A stretch of DNA of 64,000 nt, taken from NCBI GenBank assembly GCA_043228905.1, contig JBHGNT010000001.1, positions 32,178,001 through 32,242,000 on the forward strand, read 5' to 3'. Position numbers and translations under genes: made by a program. Below, one piece after another: positions 59,401 through 64,000 of this stretch. Source of the stretch: Azolla caroliniana (taxonomy: Eukaryota > Plantae > Polypodiophyta). Positions within the stretch are counted from its first letter, which is position 1. Each line of letters begins with the position of its first letter. Below the pieces are notes generated by a model. That model made no database searches. It saw only the letters and a list, made by a program, of their open reading frames with translations, and was not told the DNA's origin.

Positions 59401-62400
59401 TACCCACTGCTGCTGGGCAGACCATGGTTGAAAACAGCACACATCAAGCAAAATTGGCGAAAAAATATGATTACCTTCCGGCGCGGAAAAGCCAAGGTCC
59501 GGGTACCGACACAACCACGGACGAGCAACGGTAAGGAATGCACACCGCTGTATGCGGACTGTGTGAACATGCTTGAAGGATTGGCGGACGACGAAGAAGC
59601 CCAGTACTTGGAGGAACATCCGAAGATCGTACCACTCTTCGAGATTGACGTAGCTGAAGCCGTAGCCGCATACTTGCCGCAGCGGGACGACACCGAAGCC
59701 GAACCAGACAAAGATGCGATTCGGGAATTACGGCAAGCACAGGAAGCGTTGGAACGGGAAATGGCCGTTTCCCAACGGGTAAAAGCATCCCAGCTCGACG
59801 AAGTGAACCTAGGAAGCAAAGACGAATCAAAGCCGGTACACATCGCCAAAGAAATGAAGCCGGAAGATAAAGCGGCGATGATCAAACTTCTCACGGAGTT
59901 TCGCGACGTATTCGCCTGGTCATACGAAGACATGCGAGGGCTGGACCCTCAATTATATCAGCATCAGATCCACTTAGGCAAGGACGCGAAACCAGTGGCG
60001 CAACGAAGATATCGAATGAACCCCAACTACGCCGCCAAAGTAAAAGAGGAAATCGACAAACTCCTAAGAGTGGGCTTTATCCGGCCGGTAAAGAAAGCGA
60101 CGTGGCTGAGCCCCATCGTCGTCGTCCCAAAGAAGAACGGTAAAATCCGTGTGTGTGTAGATTACCGGAAACTAAATGCCGCCACAATTACGGATGCATT
60201 CCCGCTTCCGTTCACGGACGGAGTACTGGATGCCGTCGCCGGTCATGAAGTTTATAGCTTTTTAGACGGGTTCAGCGGGTACAATCAAATCCGGATGCAC
60301 CCGGACGACCAGGAAAAGACAGCGTTCGTCACCGAATGGGGGGTGTTCGTGGCAGAAGTCATGATGTTCGGCCTAAAAACGGCACCAGCAACTTTCCAGC
60401 GAATTATCATGGAGATCTTCGGCGAATACATCCCTGCCTTCATGCAAGTTTTCCTGGATGATTTTGCAGTCTATAGCCGGGGAAAAGACCATTTGCAGCA
60501 CCTACGGTTATGCCTTGAAAAGTGTAGGTTATACCGGCTAAGCTTAAACCCAGCAAAATGCATCTTTGGGGTTTCAAGTGGAATATTGCTGGGACACATC
60601 GTAAGTAAGGAGGGCATTGCGGTCGACCCGGACAAAGTAAACGCCATACTAGGGGCACCGGCGCCGAAAACGGCCAAAGCACTAAGCCGATTCCTAGGAC
60701 AAATCCGGTGGCACAGCCGGATGCTCCGTCACTTGGCGGACTTGGCGACACCATTACACACCGCGGTACATCGGACACCGTTCCAATGGACGGATACGGA
60801 GGATAAGGCATACAATGCCCTGAAGGTTCTTTTATCGCAAGCACCCGTCGTGCAGCCTCCGGATTGGAGCAAGGAATTTCACGTGTTCGTGGACGCGTCC
60901 GACATCGCTATTGGCAGCGCCTTAATGCAGCTTACGGAGCCCAAATGGTACCGGCCGGTATATTACGCCAGCCGGAAGCTGTCCCAAGCGGAGAAGAACT
61001 ATTCAACGACGGAACGGGAGGCTCTGGGCATGATCTACAGTGTAACAAAGTTTCGTCACTACCTATTGGGAAGGAAGTTCTCCTTCCATGTGGATCACTC
61101 GGCGCTCCTCTACTTAGTTTCCAAGGCGTCCCTGACCGGTAAGTTGGCCCGTTGGACCTTACTGTTGCAGGAGTTCGAATTCGAGATTTTTCACCGGCCC
61201 GGTATCCAGCATGCCGTAGCAGACTACTTGAGCCGGAGTAGCGGATGAATTTCCGGACGCGGATGAATTTCCGGACGCGGAGTTATTCCGTATCACCCCG
61301 GAAACGGCAGCGGACAACACGGTGGCATCAGAAGATAAATGGCTGACAAACATGCACCAGTTCCTAAGCACGGGCCTGCCACCGGAGGAAATGAACCGGG
61401 ACGAGAGGAAACGACTGGCGGTGCAGAGCCGCAATTTCTGTCTGTTACGGGACACTCTCTACCACAAAGGAGCAGATGGAATATGGAGACGGGCAGTCCG
61501 TAGTGACGAGAAAGAAGTAATCTTACGGGAAGCACACTGTGGGGTTGCCGGAGGACACTATGCCGGGGAAGCGACGGCAAGAAAGGTATGGCAGAGCGGC
61601 TTATGGTGGCCCACGACGCTAAAAGATGCCGTCAAGTATGCTAAGGAATGTGACCTATGCCAACGAATGGGCCAGCCTACGGAGCAAGCACGGATGCCAC
61701 ACCAACCGGTACTTCCACTAGAGCCATTCCAGAAGTGGGGATTGGATTTTGTCGGACCGTTCAAGCCACCGGCAATGAGAACGGGTAATCGTTATGTCAT
61801 CGTGGCAACGGATTATTGCACGAAATGGGTGGAAGCTAAGGCCCTGAGAGACAACACCGCGTCATCCACAGCAAAATTCCTGTACGAGAACATTTGGTGC
61901 CGATATGGATGTCCGATTGAACTGATCAGCGACCAAGGAGGGCATTTCCTCGGCCAGGTAGTGGAAAGCTTAACAACGTTCTATGCCGTGGTTCATAAAC
62001 GGAGCACACCGTACTACCCACAGGCGAACGGGTTAGCGGAGTCCACCAACAAAACGCTGCAGAACATTCTACGCAAAATCGTCAACGAAAACCGGACGGA
62101 CTGGGACACAAAGCTCCATAGTGCGCTATGGGCGTACCGAACGGCATAGAAAACAAGTATCCGGACAACGCCGTTCCGGCTAGCATTCGGCTTAGAAGCG
62201 GTCATGCCGGTCGAGTTTCAGGTACCAAGCTTACGGATCCAACTACGGGAACGGCTGAATGAAAAGAAGTCGGAGGAAATACGGCTAGCAGCACTATGCG
62301 AACTGGAGGAGCAACGGCTGGCCAACATCCTACACATGGAACTGGAGCAACGACGACGGAAAGCGTTCGTTGACCGGCACCGGAAAGGTAATGAGAAAAT

Positions 62401-62787
62401 GTTCGAAATCGGAAAGCCGGTGCTAGTATTCCAAACGAGGATGGGCAAGATGCCGGGTAAACTCCGGTTCAGATGGACAGGCCCGTATTGGCTGACACGG
62501 GAATACAACGGGTCCTATCAGATAGGGACACTTGCCGGGGAAGTAGTAGGCAAGTGGGTGAATGGATTTCGACTAAAGCCCTATAATGGACCGATGCCAA
62601 AGAACCCGTTTATGCGGCTCACCGGCACTACACCAGGAACCTGCCCGGGATCGGTACGGATCGATCCGGAAGAAAAAGACGACGGGGAACCCGTAGTAGA
62701 GACGAAGGAAGACACGGCAACCCGTAAGGAAAACGGTCAGGGTCCGAAGGGACCTACGGATATGTAAGGTCACACACCGTCATTAAA

Positions 62788-62820
<33 letters not shown>

Positions 62821-62892
62821 AAAAAATAAAAAAAAAAATCATTAAAAATCGAGGTATGAACGGGTGTGAAAGCGAGGCGCGAAAAGGTACGT
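56462..62892 (+). mobile_element. Non-chromoviral Ty3/gypsy LTR retrotransposon (element B), defective, 3' LTR not in window
   Basis: 420-bp LTR TGTTAC...GTAACA (56462-56881) and PBS TGGCGACCAC (56888-56897, tRNA-Arg-like), then gag-PR-RT-RH-INT. Interrupted at 62893 by element C. Confidence 0.92.
56933..62767 (+). pseudogene. Element B gag-pol polyprotein with three lesions
   Basis: Three CCHC knuckles, protease VIDGGSGVN...LLLGRPW, RT FLDDF, RNase H VDASD, integrase HHCC/GLDF/SDQG/AES and WTGPY. Frame break near 59270 within the protease, a break plus an 18-bp duplication near 61235-61280, and an in-frame TAG at 62147-62149. Confidence 0.9.
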
Positions 62893-64000
62893 TGTCGTGA
62901 AGAAAACCGCCCACAAGAGGAATCGGAGGAACAAGGCGTGGGAAACGGCTCTACGCACACACGCGCCCCAAGAAGTACCTAAGGACGAAGTAGGTACATA
63001 CGAGGATCCTAGGTGGGTAGATTCGGTTGGTATGCAGTTAATGCCAAACGGCCTCTTGACGGGCTATAAAAGGGAAGAGGAAGAATAGAAGTGGGTATCT
63101 CGCGCGGAGAGGACGAAGTGCTGCCGAACCGATTTCGGAGCTTCTCTCTCACTCCTGCTTTCTCTGTCTTCTGCTCCATCGCGTACCAGTGCAGGTTTCG
63201 AGGAGGCTTGCGCTGTTCCGTGGAACGCCCCGAGTGCGTCCTGCAGCACCTCCGACCTGTTTTCCCTTCCTGTGCGTCGCGACATACAGGGGTCGGCATC
63301 TGTTCGCCGCCCTGTTCGTTTTCGTTAGTATCTATTTCGTGCCCCACCGTGGGTTGTAATACTTTAGTCTGTTATTTTCTTGCATTCATAAGTACATATC
63401 TTTCGTTGTTGCGTCCATCTGCGTCGGCGTTTATTTGTGATCTCTGTTTGTTGGGCCGTGTCCCTGTGCAATCGTCGGTTCTGCGCAATCGGATCTTCGG
63501 TTCTGTGTAATCGGGTCTCTCTCTCTTACTCCTCTCTCTCTTGCTCTTCGGTTCAAGACCCCCGTGGTCCCTCCTCCTTTCTACACGCAAGGGCGTAGTA
63601 ACCCCGACATCTTGGTGAACCCGACGTGAAAGAGGCGGCAGAAGAGCAGAAGATGAGGGGGTCGGATCTCGCAGAGGCCATGGCTTCGGCCGTGGATCGG
63701 ATTGTAAACGCGCGCGAGGGCACCGGTGCCCTCGACAGAGCTATTGAGGCGGTCGTCGGCACGATCGGCCGGTTCGATGGGAAGGATGCCACGAAGTATC
63801 TGGCGTCCTACGGTGCGGAAATGTTAATGCGGGACATTCCGGAAGACAGGCGTCTTGCCGGTTTTCCCCGAGTGGCGATGCCGAGCATCCATGCGGAGGT
63901 GCTCGAGGTGCGGGCGGAGAGCCGTACCTGGGAGGAGTTCGAAGGTCGGCTCCTGGAAAAATACGGACTGGACGACGCGCTCCGGCTTTCGAAGCGAAGC
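62893..64000 (+). mobile_element. Ty3/gypsy element C (family of element A): 5' LTR, PBS and start of gag; runs out of window
   Basis: 717-bp LTR TGTCGTGAAGAAAACCG...CCCGACA (62893-63609), PBS identical to A (63613-63630), and gag ATG at 63653 (MRGSDLAEAMASAVDR). Confidence 0.95.

Noticed and set aside
62147-62149. TAG in element B integrase as a readthrough codon
   Set aside because: It replaces the conserved Tyr of WAYRTAYKT, consistent with a point mutation.
62785-62838. A-rich tract as the poly(A) tail of a retroposed insert
   Set aside because: No insert body, and the flanking TCATTAAAAA repeat does not fit a clean TSD. It is more likely a low-complexity part of B's 3' region.

Overview
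Eukaryotic, intron-rich plant DNA. A POC1 centriole gene, a PLS-type PPR relic and the CESA intron pattern suggest a land plant with flagellated sperm, probably a fern; this is inference. Bases 1-44,000 are AT-rich and hold four host genes: the 3' half of an SRS2-like UvrD helicase (+), an intronless zinc-ribbon/RING-H2 E3 ligase (+), a 14-exon cellulose synthase (-) and a 13-exon POC1 WD40 gene (+). Relics lie between them: a decayed LINE, a PPR pseudogene, a solo LTR, a hAT-type MITE, a foldback element and many short local duplications. Bases 44,300-64,000 are a four-element nest. An L1-type LINE (-) is split in its endonuclease by an intact Ty3/gypsy element (A, apparently identical LTRs) and cut in ORF1 by a defective gypsy element (B). 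A relative of A (element C) has inserted into B. The A/C family is the most unusual thing here. It has a tRNA-Trp primer site, a 4-bp target duplication (GCGT for A; ACGT flanks C), a D-H-G protease triad, and a candidate -1 frameshift signal (G GAT TTT, 6-nt spacer, pseudoknot) between protease and RT. A and C also have near-identical gag behind strongly diverged LTRs. All coordinates and alignments were read by eye.
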